Origin: Lama guanicoe | Lineage: Eukaryota | DNA length: 64,000 bases | Direction: 5' to 3' | Assembly: GCA_013239625.1 (NCBI GenBank) | Contig: MU054187.1 | Span: forward strand, 21,331,280 to 21,395,279 | Part shown: positions 1 through 11,853 of the stretch, piece after piece | Layout: each line of letters starts with the position of its first letter | Numbering within the stretch: position 1 is the stretch's first letter | Position numbers and translations under genes: made by a program | The notes under the pieces: generated by a model | Databases searched by the model: none | Seen by the model: only the letters and a program-made list of their open reading frames with translations | What the model was told of the DNA's origin: nothing

Positions 1-660
1 CTATCAAGTTGGGGTTTCAGCCTGAATGAACCACCTCCATTTAGAAAATTGATCTTCCAGTCACACTTTTATTAACCTTGAGTTTTTAGAGCATGGTTGC
101 TTTTAAAGAGGAAGAGAAAGAGCAAGCAGAAAGTCATCTCCAGTAACATTTAATGTCACTGGCAGGTTAGAGTCAGTGAAAGGAAATGATCATTAGCGCT
201 AACTAACTTTGTTTATAATCACCCCCCACTCACACACACAAGCGCAATGAATAATGCACATATTTAAATATGCAAGCCATATAACATTTGGAGCAGTAAG
301 TAGGAAGTACTATCCAATAGCTGCTAGGAAACAATGCACCCTGGCCAGAAAAAGAAGAAAAAAAAATCTCTAGTAAAAATATAATTCCCCAATAATGACT
401 TTTATGCCCCAAATTATGATAATAGTTAATAAATGACTGAACCGTATTATGACAGTTGAAATGTCCTTGAACAAGCAATTACATGTCTTACCTCTTGACT
501 CATTAAGAGAAAGGCATTGTGGGGATGTGATTTACCTGGATCTACAGAGTTTGGTGCTCAGGATTAACTGGACACAAGGTGACTATCTCAATCTAAACAG
601 CTCACAAAGTGCGAGAATACTTACCAGAAAACTAACTGATTGATTTATAAGGAGACCATT

Positions 661-1213
661 TGGATCCAAGAAAATGGGGTACGAGAGGATGGCTGTGTCC
701 TGTCTCGGGTGAGCCCCTGGGATGTGCCCCGTGAAGTGAGGGTCCTTGGCTTCATGCAGGAAAGAATTCAAGAGCAAGACACAGTTGAGTAGAAGATTTA
801 CTCAGAGAGATCCACACTCCATAGACCCAGGGCGGGCCATCTCAAAAGGCAAGAGAAAGGCCACGAGGGGAGGGTTATTGGGTTTTATGGTCTCGGTACC
901 TTCATAGCTAACAAGTGGGAGGATTATTCCAACTATTTTATGGAAGGGGCTGGGATTCCCAGGAATTGGGCCACTGGCCACTTTTCGACCTTTTACGGCC
1001 AGCCTCGGAACTGTCATGGCGCCTGTGGAAGTGCCATTTACATGCTAATATGTTACAATGAGCGTATAATGAAGCTCAAGGTCTCCTGGAAGCCAAATCT
1101 CCCGCCATCTTGGGCCGCAAGGTCTCCTGGAAGTTGGATCTTCCACTGTCTTGGTATTAGTTCCTGTGTCATTCTTTTAATGGTTGTGCCCCATCCCCTT
1201 CCCTCCCATCTCA
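661..1213 (-). mobile_element. Solo LTR, ERV1-like
   Basis: Minus strand starts TGAGATGGGAGGG and ends ...TTGGATCCA (TG...CA). It has an internal imperfect repeat (caaggtctcctggaag at ~1077 and ~1118), a YY1-like AAGATGGCG, and a U5-like 'ttgaattctttcctgcatgaagccaaggaccc' typical of ERV1 LTRs. No internal ERV sequence flanks it. Confidence 0.75.
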
Positions 1214-1356
1214 GTTTGGTGGAGTAGCTAGAATGCAGGTTTGGAGCCCAGTAGAACTAGAATTGGCAGCAGCACTTAAAGTTACGTGTCTTTGGGTAAA
1301 AAGTTTCTTAATTTCCATTAGCCCTTTAAAGTTTGGATAACATGCACTTTCTTAGG

Positions 1357-1667
1357 TATGAATGTTAGACAAAGTGTTAGTGGCTGTGATTTCTAGAAGG
1401 GACCCGCTCTCTCAGTGGTGGCAATAAAATATGAAACATGACCGCCGGGGCAGGGGGAGGGGCCGTAGGAAATGCCGTCTTCTGGCAACAGGATTTTTCC
1501 CTCTAGAAAATCACAGGGAGTGAAATTAAAATCAGCAGAGATTTTGGTGTCCAAGAAATTAAAGCAAGAAGCATTTGTACTATGAACCTGATATTTAAGG
1601 CTTGCATCTTCAAAACAGAAAAAAAAAAATCATGAAAACTGAGCAGGCATGATCTTTAGTGAGGTTA
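1357..1667 (+). repeat. Direct duplication, copy 1 (paired with 2800-3098)
   Basis: Collinear match from tatgaatgttagacaaagtgtt through aaaatcacagggagtgaaattaaaatcag to gatctttagtgaggtta. Confidence 0.95.
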
Positions 1668-2266
1668 ACCCTTCCAGGAAACAGGGCTGGAGAAACCCAG
1701 ACACTTTTTCCCAAACCTCCCTTCCTTTCCATCCAGTTACCACATTTTAAGTGACATAGATGTTCCTTCAATGGGATATTAGAATTGAATTTGCTCAGCG
1801 AAGAATTTCTTAAACATCTCATAGTTTACTGTCAAATAGACAAAAAATCAACTCTGCCAGTTGTGACACCAACGTCACAATCCTGTTTCCTTGGGCTCAG
1901 TGTAAAGGTGGAAGAAAACTGAGGGTATTTTGGTTCAGCTCAAATATACCGACACTTTCAAACAGGTCGACAAAATTACAATTCTGTCAGGTTGGCCGTT
2001 TGTCCTCATTATTGCAGATGACAGTTGTGTGTTGCTTCGTATTCGTACACTTGAATTGATCCATATTTTAGCCCTTTTCAATTGTTTTTTTCTCAGTGAC
2101 TACAATGATTTTAAAACCATGTCTCTCTTCTTTCTGGTAAAGTCTCATTTTGTATGCCCTTCTGACACCTGTTTCTAATTTCTCAGGAGAGTCTGAGCCA
2201 GTGTTATCAGTTTTCCAGGGTTAGAAGAAACAGTTTTGCCCAGCAAAGAATACTTTCTTTCCTTGT

Positions 2267-2402
2267 TTTTTTTTTTTTTAGGTGGGGGGAGCTGGGGGAT
2301 AACTAGGTTTGATTATTTATTTTTAGAGGAAGTACTGGGGATTAAACCCAAGACTTCATGCATGCCAAGCATGCACTCTACCACTGAGCTATACCCTCCC
2401 CC
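2267..2402 (-). mobile_element. tRNA-derived SINE (camelid Vic-1-like)
   Basis: Reverse complement reads GGGGAGGGTATAGCTCAGTGGTAGAGTGCATGCTTGGCATGCATGAAGTCTTGGGTTTAATCCCCAGTAC (A and B boxes), then an AT-rich body and polyA. Confidence 0.9.
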
Positions 2403-2447
2403 TCCTTATCTGTTTTTGTTAAGCTATGCCTCTTGCCAGTTTAAGTA

Positions 2448-2739
2448 CAGTCATCCTCAGTATCCACAGGGAATTGGCTCCAGGACCCCCATGGATACCA
2501 AAATCCATGGATGCTCAAGTTTCTTATGTAAAATGGTGTAGTATTTGCACATAATCTATAAACATCCTCCAGTCTACTTTAATTCATCTCCAGAATACTT
2601 ACAATACCTAATGCAATATAAATACCATGTAAATAGTTGCCGGTGTGCAGAAAATTCAAGTTTTGCTTTTTGGAACTTTCTGCGATTTTTTTTTCCCGAA
2701 TACTTTCTATCCGCAATTGGTTTAATCTGAGGATGCAGA
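2448..2739 (+). mobile_element. MER2-like TcMar-Tigger DNA transposon, 3' end incomplete
   Basis: TA|CAGTCATCCTCAGTATCC start, then 'ggataccaaaatccatggatgctcaagt', matching the MER2 consensus. Confidence 0.85.
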
Positions 2740-2799
2740 TTAAAATGAGTTACTTTTCCCAGTGTCTCCAGTTTCTCTCCAAGCTGCTGCTAACATACC

Positions 2800-3098
2800 T
2801 ATGAATGTTAGACAAAGTGTTTGTAGCTGTGATTTCTAAAAGGGAACCTCTCTCTCAATGGGGGCAATAAAATACGAAACAAAGCGGCCCGGGGTCATAG
2901 GAAATCCCATCCCATCCCAGCATTTTTCCCTCTCAAAAAATCACAGGGAGTGAAATTAAAATCAGAAGAGTTTTTGGTGTCAGAGAAATTAAAGAAAGAA
3001 GGATTTGGACTATGGGCCTGGGGTTTAAGGCATGCATCTCCAAACTAGAAAATAAAAAATTCATGGAGACTGAGCAGGCTTGATCTTTAGTGAGGTTA
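2800..3098 (+). repeat. Direct duplication, copy 2 (paired with 1357-1667)
   Basis: Same collinear blocks as copy 1, with substitutions and a short deletion in the G-rich part. Confidence 0.95.
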
Positions 3099-3261
3099 GC
3101 TACAGAAAATGTTGACTGGTCTCTGCTCCTCTGAATAAGTCTTAATTACCCAGTTGAGGGTTTAGAGAAGAAAGGAGTCCTTGGGTTTTTACAAGGTTTT
3201 TTTAAAATTGATTTTCTTTGATCTGCTCTTACCCTAACTTCCTTCCTCCTGATCTTCATAG

Positions 3262-3348
3262 GTGACCAGGGTGCTCAGCAGGGCTCTCCCGGAAAGTCCT
3301 GTCACCCACACATGGTAGACACACATCAGTGCGCTAGGTCTCTCCGAG
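3262..3348 (+). CDS. Candidate internal exon (87 nt, phase 1-1) of an unidentified gene: (G)DQGAQQGSPGKSCHPHMVDTHQCARSLR
   Basis: Branch-point-like CTAAC at 3234-3238, pyrimidine tract ttccttcctcctgatcttcatAG, GC-richer unique body, donor GAG|gtgggc. Length is divisible by 3 and only this frame is open. Confidence 0.45.
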
Positions 3349-3989
3349 GTGGGCGTATGTCTTCCTTTGCAATATTCAAGTTAGTTTTGTTCTTCAGCAA
3401 CAGAAATCCCAGTTGGGAGTTTAGAAAATAGTTGGTTACCATTCAAGTCTTTTTTCTTAATTTTCAATGAAAACACTGTTCAGAAAAGAATATTCGGTAA
3501 GTTTTTCGTTTTCGATGTTCGGATGATCATGTATAACTGACCATAAAAAAAATCACTTCCAGTTACTTTTTATAAATCTGTTTTCCATTTACCAAGCCAT
3601 TTCTTTGCAGGCGTCATTTTTTTTTTTTTTTTTTGTGACAGGACAGGTATCTTTTCTAACACTGATCTTCTCTATGGGTCAAGGACTTGCTTTCAAGTTT
3701 CAACTAAGGCAGCTTTACTGATTCTAGTGAAAATCCGGTGGTTTGTATCTGGCAACTAGGGGGGGACTCTCACTGGTCAATGGAGCAGAAAGGGACAGAT
3801 TGGTAGATTCTCTCTGTTACTTAAAGAAGCAGGATGAAATAATGCAAGCTGTCCAGGGCAGTGGAGTAGGCTCAAAAATATGAAAGCAGAGAGAACAGAC
3901 AGAAGTTTTTCTAAAGTGATGAAACCTGGCTTGAGTTAGCCCAGTGGAATACGCCCTTGATCGCCAAAACACTTCAATTTCTCAGAATT

Positions 3990-5190
3990 CTCTGAACCTG
4001 TCATCGTGTGACCTAAACTGGATGCCCTCCCCCTAAATCCTCTATCGTATTAGGTGGTACCACTGTCCACCCAGTCATTCACTCCAGAAACCTGTCTATA
4101 TTTTGTGATTCCTCCCTTAGGTTAATCTCTTAGTTACCAAATTCTGTTGATGTATTGCCCCAATATTCCAGATTTTCCCCTCTCCTTTCCCTCTACCACT
4201 GACATCCTTCATCAGACTCAACGTAATTCTTAGACTGAGCGGTTGAAATAGCCTCTCCCGAGGTCTCTAGGACTCAGACTCCAGTCTTGATTATTTAAAT
4301 CCCTGCTTCCCTAGATTTGGCCACAGTGATTCATCTAAACAAGGATGAGCAAACTACAGCTTGTGAGTTAGATCTGACCTGCTGTCTACCTTTGTGTATC
4401 ACCCACAAACAAATGTGTGCCTTTTTAAAGGGCTTTGAGAAAAAATCAAGGAAGAGTAATATTTGTGACACCTGAAAATTATATGAAGTTCAGATTTTAC
4501 TATCCGTAAATAAAGTTTGATGGGAACCCAGCCACGCCCCTTTGTCTAACTTACTGTCTGGGGACACTGTGACGCTTTAATAATCGACTTGAGTAATTGA
4601 AGCAGGGACCAGAGGAGCTGGGAAGGCTGGAATATTTAGTCTCTGGCCCTTTGCAGGAAAAGTTCGCCCAGCCCTGCTCTAAAGCATAAAGACGGCCCCA
4701 TCATTCCTCTGCTCCGGGCCTTTCAGTGATACTTCATCACCTGCAGGATAAGCCAGGCTCCTGAACAGGACATACAGGCCTTTGTTACCTGGGCCCCATG
4801 TCCGTCTGTCCAGCCTCAGCCTCTTTGTATTTATTGCCTCCTGCTGTACAGTAATACCTTACCTGGGTCCCTGTGCACTTCTCCCTGGAATGCCTCATTC
4901 CTCCCCTTTTGTCAACTTAAATATTCCTCCTCCCTTAAGGAGTACTGAGGTCATCTCCACCAGGGATCTCCCTAGACCTCCCCCCAGAATGATGTGTCTC
5001 CCCTGACTTCTGTTGTCCCACATCCCACATTGTTTTATGAACATCGATTTGTGCACGTGTCTAAATAGCAAGCGTTGGGTTTTAAGCCCATTAACTGGAA
5101 AAGAGTCTTGTTTCTCTTTCTATCCCTAGTGAATATCACAGTGTCTCACACTTCGTATTGGCTCCAGGAGGCTTTATTGAACAATTTAAA
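3990..5190 (+). mobile_element. LINE-2 3' region, interrupted by MER58
   Basis: L2 motifs 'accactgtccacccagtcattcactccagaaacctg' and 'catcattcctctgctc', plus terminal 'cagtgtctcacac...ttattgaa'. Confidence 0.7.
4340..4676 (+). mobile_element. MER58B-like hAT-Charlie MITE
   Basis: Degenerate TIRs (caaggatgagcaaact ... agttcgcccagccctg), internal 'aaataaagtttgatgggaacccagccacgccc', and tctaaa in both flanks. Confidence 0.85.
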
Positions 5191-7319
5191 ACAAGGGGCA
5201 TGTAAGTTCATTTACAATAGCTTAGGTTGAAAAGAGGATTTTCTATATCATTGTAAAAAATGCCATTCTCTAACAAACATGTGACATATAATTACTTTCA
5301 AACATTTTTTTTATATATATATCATTGCCAAAAAGGCATGATTTTCAGTTTGGGAACATTGCAGCAAGAAATAAATAAACTTCAGCTAGTTTTTTACGTG
5401 CAAAAATAAATTTCTATCAGAGGGCTGGATTACACATTCAATAAATATTTAAACAAATCAGCTTGCTATTATCACTTCTTATCATGTATCATTGGCCTTT
5501 AAAGATTTCATAAATATGATTATAAATAGAGAAAATTAAAATCTCGTGTTGCTGAAATATTTTATACATACCGTCTCAGCTAGAAGGAGAGATTTAGTAT
5601 ATGGTGGCATTAAATTTCTAGATGATACTTTGTATGTATTTTGTGAGTCAATAAACCGTGTAGCAAAATAAGCTGCTTCCCCTGCAGGAGTTAATCAAAT
5701 AACCACAGTAAACATATATCACTATTTAAATATTAGTGAAATGCTATTTTAAAAAAATTTAACACAGTGCATACCTATTGAACTTACTGCTATGATTAAA
5801 ATTTATTTTTAATTATTGAGATATAAAAAAGAACTACTTCTTCTAAAAAAGTAATCTGGTGTTTTAAGTGCTTTATCAATCATTCCTTTTATCCCCTCCC
5901 TCCAAAAAAAGCCCTTAGAGTGATTCAATTATATGTAAATGTATGTGTGTGTGTGTGTGTTTTAAACAAGGGAAGCTTTGCTTCAGATATGAAAAAAAAT
6001 TACTTTTCCTTCAAACTAATTGTTTAAAAAAAAAAGGACATTGTGCTCTTGTTTTTGCAAAGTGATATGAGAAGTTGGTCCAGGGTTTAGCAGGATATAT
6101 ATATATATTTTTTTTTTCTTTTTTGTCATCACCTGTATAACCTCGTTCTGTCTCACGGCCTGATCTGATTTGATGATAGGGTCATCTTCTGTTTTGAACA
6201 TAACTTTTATGTTGCCACTCTTTGCCAAATTGATGGGTCATACCCTAAGCACGTATACGTGTGGTTTTTCCATTACTATTTGACTTATTTATTCTTGAAA
6301 GTTTTCATTAGAAAACTTGCTGTTCTCACTTTGCCTTAATATTGGTTTTATTATTTTGCTTTTTTTCCCCTTAAAGGAAAATAGCAAGTGTCCTCTTCAG
6401 TTGCACTCTGTCCCCTCCGTGGGACTCAGTTCACTAACTATAATCCTTTGTTTTTACCCATGTAAAATAGTAACACTTCTCCAGGGGCTGAGCTGAACCC
6501 TTTGGTTCTTTTTCGTAGAGACAGGTTATGGACTGACTGCGAGCTATTTTCCTGCATTGGGGGTTTACGCTAGATTCTTTCTCTCAGACTCACTGAGTTT
6601 GTCTTGTGACCACCCACTTTCCGTTATTTGCCTGCTAATCACACACTCTCGCTTTTGCACAGTGTGTAGAAAGGTCTGCTCTTTAAGACGTTAATAGGTG
6701 AAGAGGGGTTGGTATTTGAGGCAGAATGTGTTCCCGGGAGGATGCCCAATGCTGACATTTGCTTTCCTTGCAGATTTCGCAGTCTGAATTCACAGGCGTT
6801 GGGGGCCCCATGCACAGTCCATCTGGTGGAACAGCCCTATGCCAAGCTGATTTGGATATGACTGAGGGGAATGAGGAGGGAATTTGAAAAGAAAAATTAC
6901 TTTTATAATAATTTTTTTCTTTTAATGCAATGCCTCGTTGTTGGGGTAAACATGATTCTGCCATCCTTGACAAACTGACAACATGATATTAGAAATAAAC
7001 ATCAAAGCAGAGCTTGCTGAAATGTCCCTTTATATTGGGGAAGGCATTAGATTGAATAGTGTTTCTATTCAACAGTTTGCACCGTGCTGCTGTTAGCATC
7101 ATGGTGCCGTGAGGAATCACCGGGAACTTAATTAAATGTAACAAAGAGTTCAGGAAACATTTAGTCAGTTCCTATAATTCATAAAGCAAGGCTATAGAAA
7201 ATCTTAGATGGACAAAGGAATCTAAGATGTGGTTCTTTCCCTCAGGAAGGTTCCAAAATGGCAAAGCTAAGATGTCATCGGAGAATAATATGGATACATT
7301 TGATATGTACAAATAGTAA

Positions 7320-7515
7320 TATTGATACCACTTATATCTTAATATTATATATTATTACTTCACTAAGGTGTGTTACATATTATTAAATTTAATAATTTAA
7401 TCTTGTGACAAGTTATCCCCATTTTACAGGGGAGAAAACTGGAGATGCAGAGAAGCTGTGGCCCCAGGCCCGATAAGTAGTCGGGAGAGGAGTCTGTCTA
7501 TGATGTTTGCCAATA
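7320..7515 (-). mobile_element. MIR SINE fragment
   Basis: MIR core 'tatccccattttacaggggagaaaactggagatgcagagaag'. Confidence 0.7.
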
Positions 7516-7575
7516 AGCAGCACTGCCTAGAGAAAGGAAAGACAGAGACGAGGAAACCAAAAATGTGTCCAGTGC

Positions 7576-7960
7576 TGTGGCAGACGAATGCCTCTGTTAG
7601 AGATAATAGAAAATGGAACACCCATTTTCCCAGGCTTCCTGGAAGGGTGACCTTGGGACAGTTTCTGCCCGGAAGTCTGTTGACAGGATTTTAAGTAGGT
7701 CAGGTGGGTCAGACTCTGCTTGGCTTCACCCTTCCCTGCCTTGCTGCCTGAAACATAGGTGCAATGGCCAAAGCTCTTGCCACCATCTTGCAAACATGAA
7801 AAAAAAAAATCCAAGAGAATTCACAGACCATGGCTCAGATGAATTAATGACCGTCCTCCTCCGTACTTAGTGTTTAGTGAGAAAAATAATGCCCTGCTGG
7901 TCTAAGCCATTGTCAGGCAGGTTTTCTGATATCTGCAGCTTAACAGTAACTTAAATAACA
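7576..7960 (+). mobile_element. Old MaLR LTR (MLT1I/J/K-like)
   Basis: Starts tgtggcagac; contains 'gccaccatcttgcaaacatga' and the 3' block 'taagccattgtcaggcaggttttctgatatctgcagc'. Confidence 0.65.
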
Positions 7961-8149
7961 AACTCCATCTTTAACCTAAGCTAGCGAAGCCGTGGTGCCC
8001 ATATCATCTTCCTCCTTTTTGCTTTCACTGATTTGCCTGACTCTTATTTATTCTTGGTTTGGGGATAACTGGTTAGGCACACCCCATTTCTTCTGTAGAT
8101 TCTTCCTTTGACTTCCTGTCTCTTTGTGCTGTTCCTCAAGGTTCCATAC

Positions 8150-11100
8150 TTTTCTTTTTTTCTGCCGCTTTATTGAGATATAAATGATATACAACATTGT
8201 TTAAGATTAAGGTGTATAATTTTATACATTTATATATTGTAAAATGATTCGATGACCTCATATAATCATCATTTCATTTTTTGCACTTTCTTAGCAACTT
8301 ACAAGTATATAACAAAATATCGTTAATTATATTCACCACATTATATATTAGATACCAAGAACTTACTCATCTCAGAACTGAAAGTTTATGCACTTTGAAC
8401 AACATCACCCCATTTCCCTCCCTGGAAACCACAGCCACTCTACTCTATTTCTGTGAGTTTTGCTTTTTTAGATTCCATATATAAGTGATGTCATACAGTA
8501 TTTGTCTTTCTCTGTCTCACGTCATGTAGCATAATGTCCTGGAGGTCCATCCATGCTGGTACAAATGGAGGATTTCCTTTATTTTTCTTGGGTGAATAAT
8601 ATTCCACTATATATGTATTTATGTATATGCCACATTTTATTTATCCATTTATCCATTGATGGACACTGAGATTGTTTTCCATATATTGACTAATGAGTCT
8701 GGTGATGCAAGAAACATGAAGTAGCAAATATCTCTTCAGGGTAGTGATTTCATTGCTTTTGGATATATACCCAGGAGTGGGATGGCTGGACCACATGGTG
8801 CTTCTATTTTTAATATTTTGAGGACTCTCTGTACTGTTTTCCATAGTGATTGTACCAGTTTGCATTCCCACCAATGGTGCACACAGGTTCCCTTTTCACC
8901 TCATTCTAACACTTGTTGTATTTTCTCTTTGATAACAGCCATTCTAACATGTCTGAGGTGATCCTTCATTGTGGTTTTCACTTGCATTTTCCTGATGATT
9001 AGTGATGAGCATCTTTTCATGTACTTGTTGGCCTTTTCTTTAACTTCTTTGGAAAAATGTCTATTTAGTTCCTCTGCCTAGTATGAATTGGGTTGGTTAT
9101 GGTTTTGCTATTGAATTGGATGAGTTTTTTTTAATGGATTTTAGATGTTAACTCCTTATCAGATATATGGTTTGCAGATATGTTCTCCCATATGTCCTCA
9201 TTTTTTAATTATTTTTTACTGTGCGGGAGCATTTTTAGTTTGATACGGTCTTAAACTTTGCTTCTGTTCTTGTGCTTTTGTGTCATATTTTTAAAATGTC
9301 AAGGAGCTTTTTCTCTATGTTTTCTTCTAGGAGTTTTATGGTTTCAGGTCTAATGTCTTTAATATATTTTGAGTTAATTTTATGAGTGGTGTAAGAAAGG
9401 GGTCCAACTTTATTCTGCATGTAATTATCCAGTATTCTGAATACAATTTACTAAAGGGATTTCCAGATTTCCCCATATATTTGGGAAGTATTCAGCCATT
9501 CTTTAGTTATTTGTACTGAAGTATAGTTGGTTTACAATGTCATGTTAATTTCTGATGTACAGCGTAGTGATTCAGTTTTATATTCCTTTTCACATTCTTT
9601 TTCATTAAGCCATTATTGCTTTAAATAAGCTTTCTGCCTTCTTCTCTGCCTGTTCTCCTTCTGGGAACTCCAATAATTTGCAAATTGGCCCTTTTGAAGG
9701 TACCCCATGGATCACACAGGCTTTCTTCGCTCTCTTTCATTCTTTTCCTTGCTCTCCTCTGGATAATTTGAAAGAGCCTGTCTTCTGATTCACAGGCTTT
9801 CTTCTTCTGGTTGATCTTTACATAGGTCAATGATCTCTTTTTCATTTTTTATTTCATTCCTTGTATTCTTCAGCTCCAGGATTTCTATTTGATTCTTTTT
9901 ATGATTTCTCTTTGTTAATATTCTCATTTCATTCATGTATTTTTTTCTAATCTCATTAAATTGTCTTTCAGTGTTTTCTTGTAGCTCACTGAGTTTCCTT
10001 AGAATAATTATTTTGGATTCTTTATCAGGTGTGTCGTAAGTCTCCATGTCTCTGAGATGGGTTACTGAAAGAGTATTGTGATTTTTTTGTTGGTGTCATG
10101 CTTCCTTGATCTTTTCATGTTCTTTGAAGTTTTGCATTGCTGTCTTTGCACATGAGGTCTTCACTAACTCCCTGTGGGAGACAAGTGCCTTCCCACAGCC
10201 CTCAGACTAGGACTTCCAGGGCTTTCTCTGACTTCCTGTGGATACACCTGCTCCGGGCCTTTTGCTCCCTCATGTGGCAGAATTCTTTCCTTGGTCCTGC
10301 AATGCACCAGGTTGGGCACTGGCAGCCTTCCTTTTATTCTTTGAAAGGTGGCATTGAAGTTCAAGTTTGTGTTCTCTCTCCAGTCCACGTATTTGAGCCA
10401 GTGTTTTGGGTGTGTTCACTGGCCAACGGCCAAAGCTCTCTCTTGTCACTCCTGTAGGGAGGGTGCACAGGGAGCAAGCCGCAGGGCTGGAGGTTGTGGG
10501 TGGGGGCGATGCATGGAGCCCTGGGGGTGCCCGTGGGCCAGCTGTGCGGATCTTCAGGGGAGATATTCCCAGTGGCACATGGGCGGGCTTCTTGATGGAT
10601 CCGTGACAGAGTTAGTTGGCTCCACGTCCCTCTGGTGCCCTCTGAGGGTCCTATCTGCTACTCTCCCAGCCTCTCCTTGCCCCTAGTCATGCAGCTCTGG
10701 ATTCAGTGCTCTGGCCGAGGCAGGAGAGAAATGAGCCTGTTTGCCAGCATCTCAGCCCCCACAGCTGGGGACGCTGGGGACCTCCACAAATGCTCTCACT
10801 TTCCACCTTGGGAGAAATCGCAGGCCGAGAAGATCTTTCCTGCCCTTCAGCTGATCAGGGCCCCATGAGGGGATGGTGACGTGGGTCAAGTCAAGCTGTT
10901 CTTACCCTCCCCATGGCATCTGACCTCCTTGTGTTGGTCCAGTGATGTGCTGGATCCTCTCTGGAAACCAGGACTTCCACAAAGGCTCTCTTGTCCATGG
11001 GTGATTGTCCAGGACATTGTCTTCCAGAGGCTCCCAGACTGCAGCCAAAAGGGGGTGGAGCCAATTCACAAGCCACCACAGGGTCCGCAGCCAGCACTGA

Positions 11101-11287
11101 GGTCTGTGTGCCTAGTACCTGAGACACGGGTGGGCAAGACCCCACCTGGGCCCCCTGGTGTTTGTTGCTGTATCTCACAGCGCCAACACGGGCACTCTTG
11201 TCTGTGAATGGATGTCAGATTGTTGTTGTGGAGGGAGGGACAGAAACGAGAGACAGTTTATTCAGCCAGGATGCTGATGGCACTCCC
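8150..11287 (-). mobile_element. LINE-1 (L1MA/L1M-type) with 5'UTR, N-terminal ORF1, large internal deletion, ORF2 C-terminus and 3'UTR
   Basis: Minus ORFs 9790-10047 (KIIILRKLSELQENTERQFNEIRK...NQIEILELKN) and 9621-9845 resemble the ORF1p coiled coil. 8640-9450 is ORF2 3' sequence, 8150-8600 is 3'UTR/polyA, and 10150-11287 is a GC-richer 5'UTR. L2 pieces flank both sides. Confidence 0.85.
9505..9608 (-). mobile_element. Short L1 3'-end insertion nested in the older L1
   Basis: 'gaagtatagttggtttacaatgtcatgttaatttctgatgtacagc' is an L1 3'UTR terminus; flanked by agccattctt / agccattatt (TSD-like). Confidence 0.7.
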
Positions 11288-11289
11288 GA

Positions 11290-11670
11290 GTTTCCCTTCT
11301 TCTCTTCTTATTTTCTCACTGCATACACACGCCCTAAGTGAGCCTTGCTGTCAGATGGCCGTGTACTGTTGCCGCAGGAGTGCCCTCCCGAGTCATGACA
11401 TCGTGTGTGTTGGACTCCCCGGTCTGTATCCCAGTCCTTTCCCCTGAGCTCCAGGCCAAAACGTATCCAACAATCATTTTAAGTTCAAAACATTTACTAC
11501 CTGCTTCTCATCTTTCCATACGAATTTTGTTTTCGTATCTACTCTGTTTTGCAAGTCAGAAATGTATGATGTCCTTTCAGACTTCTCTACGTTCCCTTTT
11601 ATTTGTAGGCTCACACGGAATTCTGCCCATCTGTAATAACCCATGAATTTCATCCTTGGAGTCGCTAACT
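11290..11670 (+). mobile_element. LINE-2 fragment continuing the L2 at ~7990-8150
   Basis: 'ggactccccggtctgtatcccagtcctttcccctgagctccaggcc' matches an L2 consensus block. Confidence 0.6.
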
Positions 11671-11719
11671 TAGTGTAAGCTTTTGCAACATTTCGTTTTA
11701 ATTTTTTAATTTCTCTCCT

Positions 11720-11853
11720 TTTTTTTTTGGCTTTTTAAAAAAAATTGGGGGGAAGGTACTTAGGTTTATGTATTTACTTATTTGTTACTGGAGGTACTGG
11801 GGGCTGAACCCAGGACCTCGTGCGTGCTAAGCACACACCCTCCCACTGAGCTA
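11720..11853 (-). mobile_element. tRNA-derived SINE (Vic-1-like), missing ~10 nt of its 5' end
   Basis: 'ggaggtactgggggctgaacccaggacctcgtgcgtgctaagcacacaccctcccactgagcta' stops before the usual taccctcccc. Confidence 0.85.

Noticed and set aside
6160..6245. TGATGA resembling a box C snoRNA motif
   Set aside because: No properly placed downstream CTGA box D or terminal stem.
9621..11207. Cluster of overlapping ORFs and a GC-rich stretch resembling a gene or promoter
   Set aside because: Frameshifted L1 ORF1 and L1 5'UTR; not an intact host gene.
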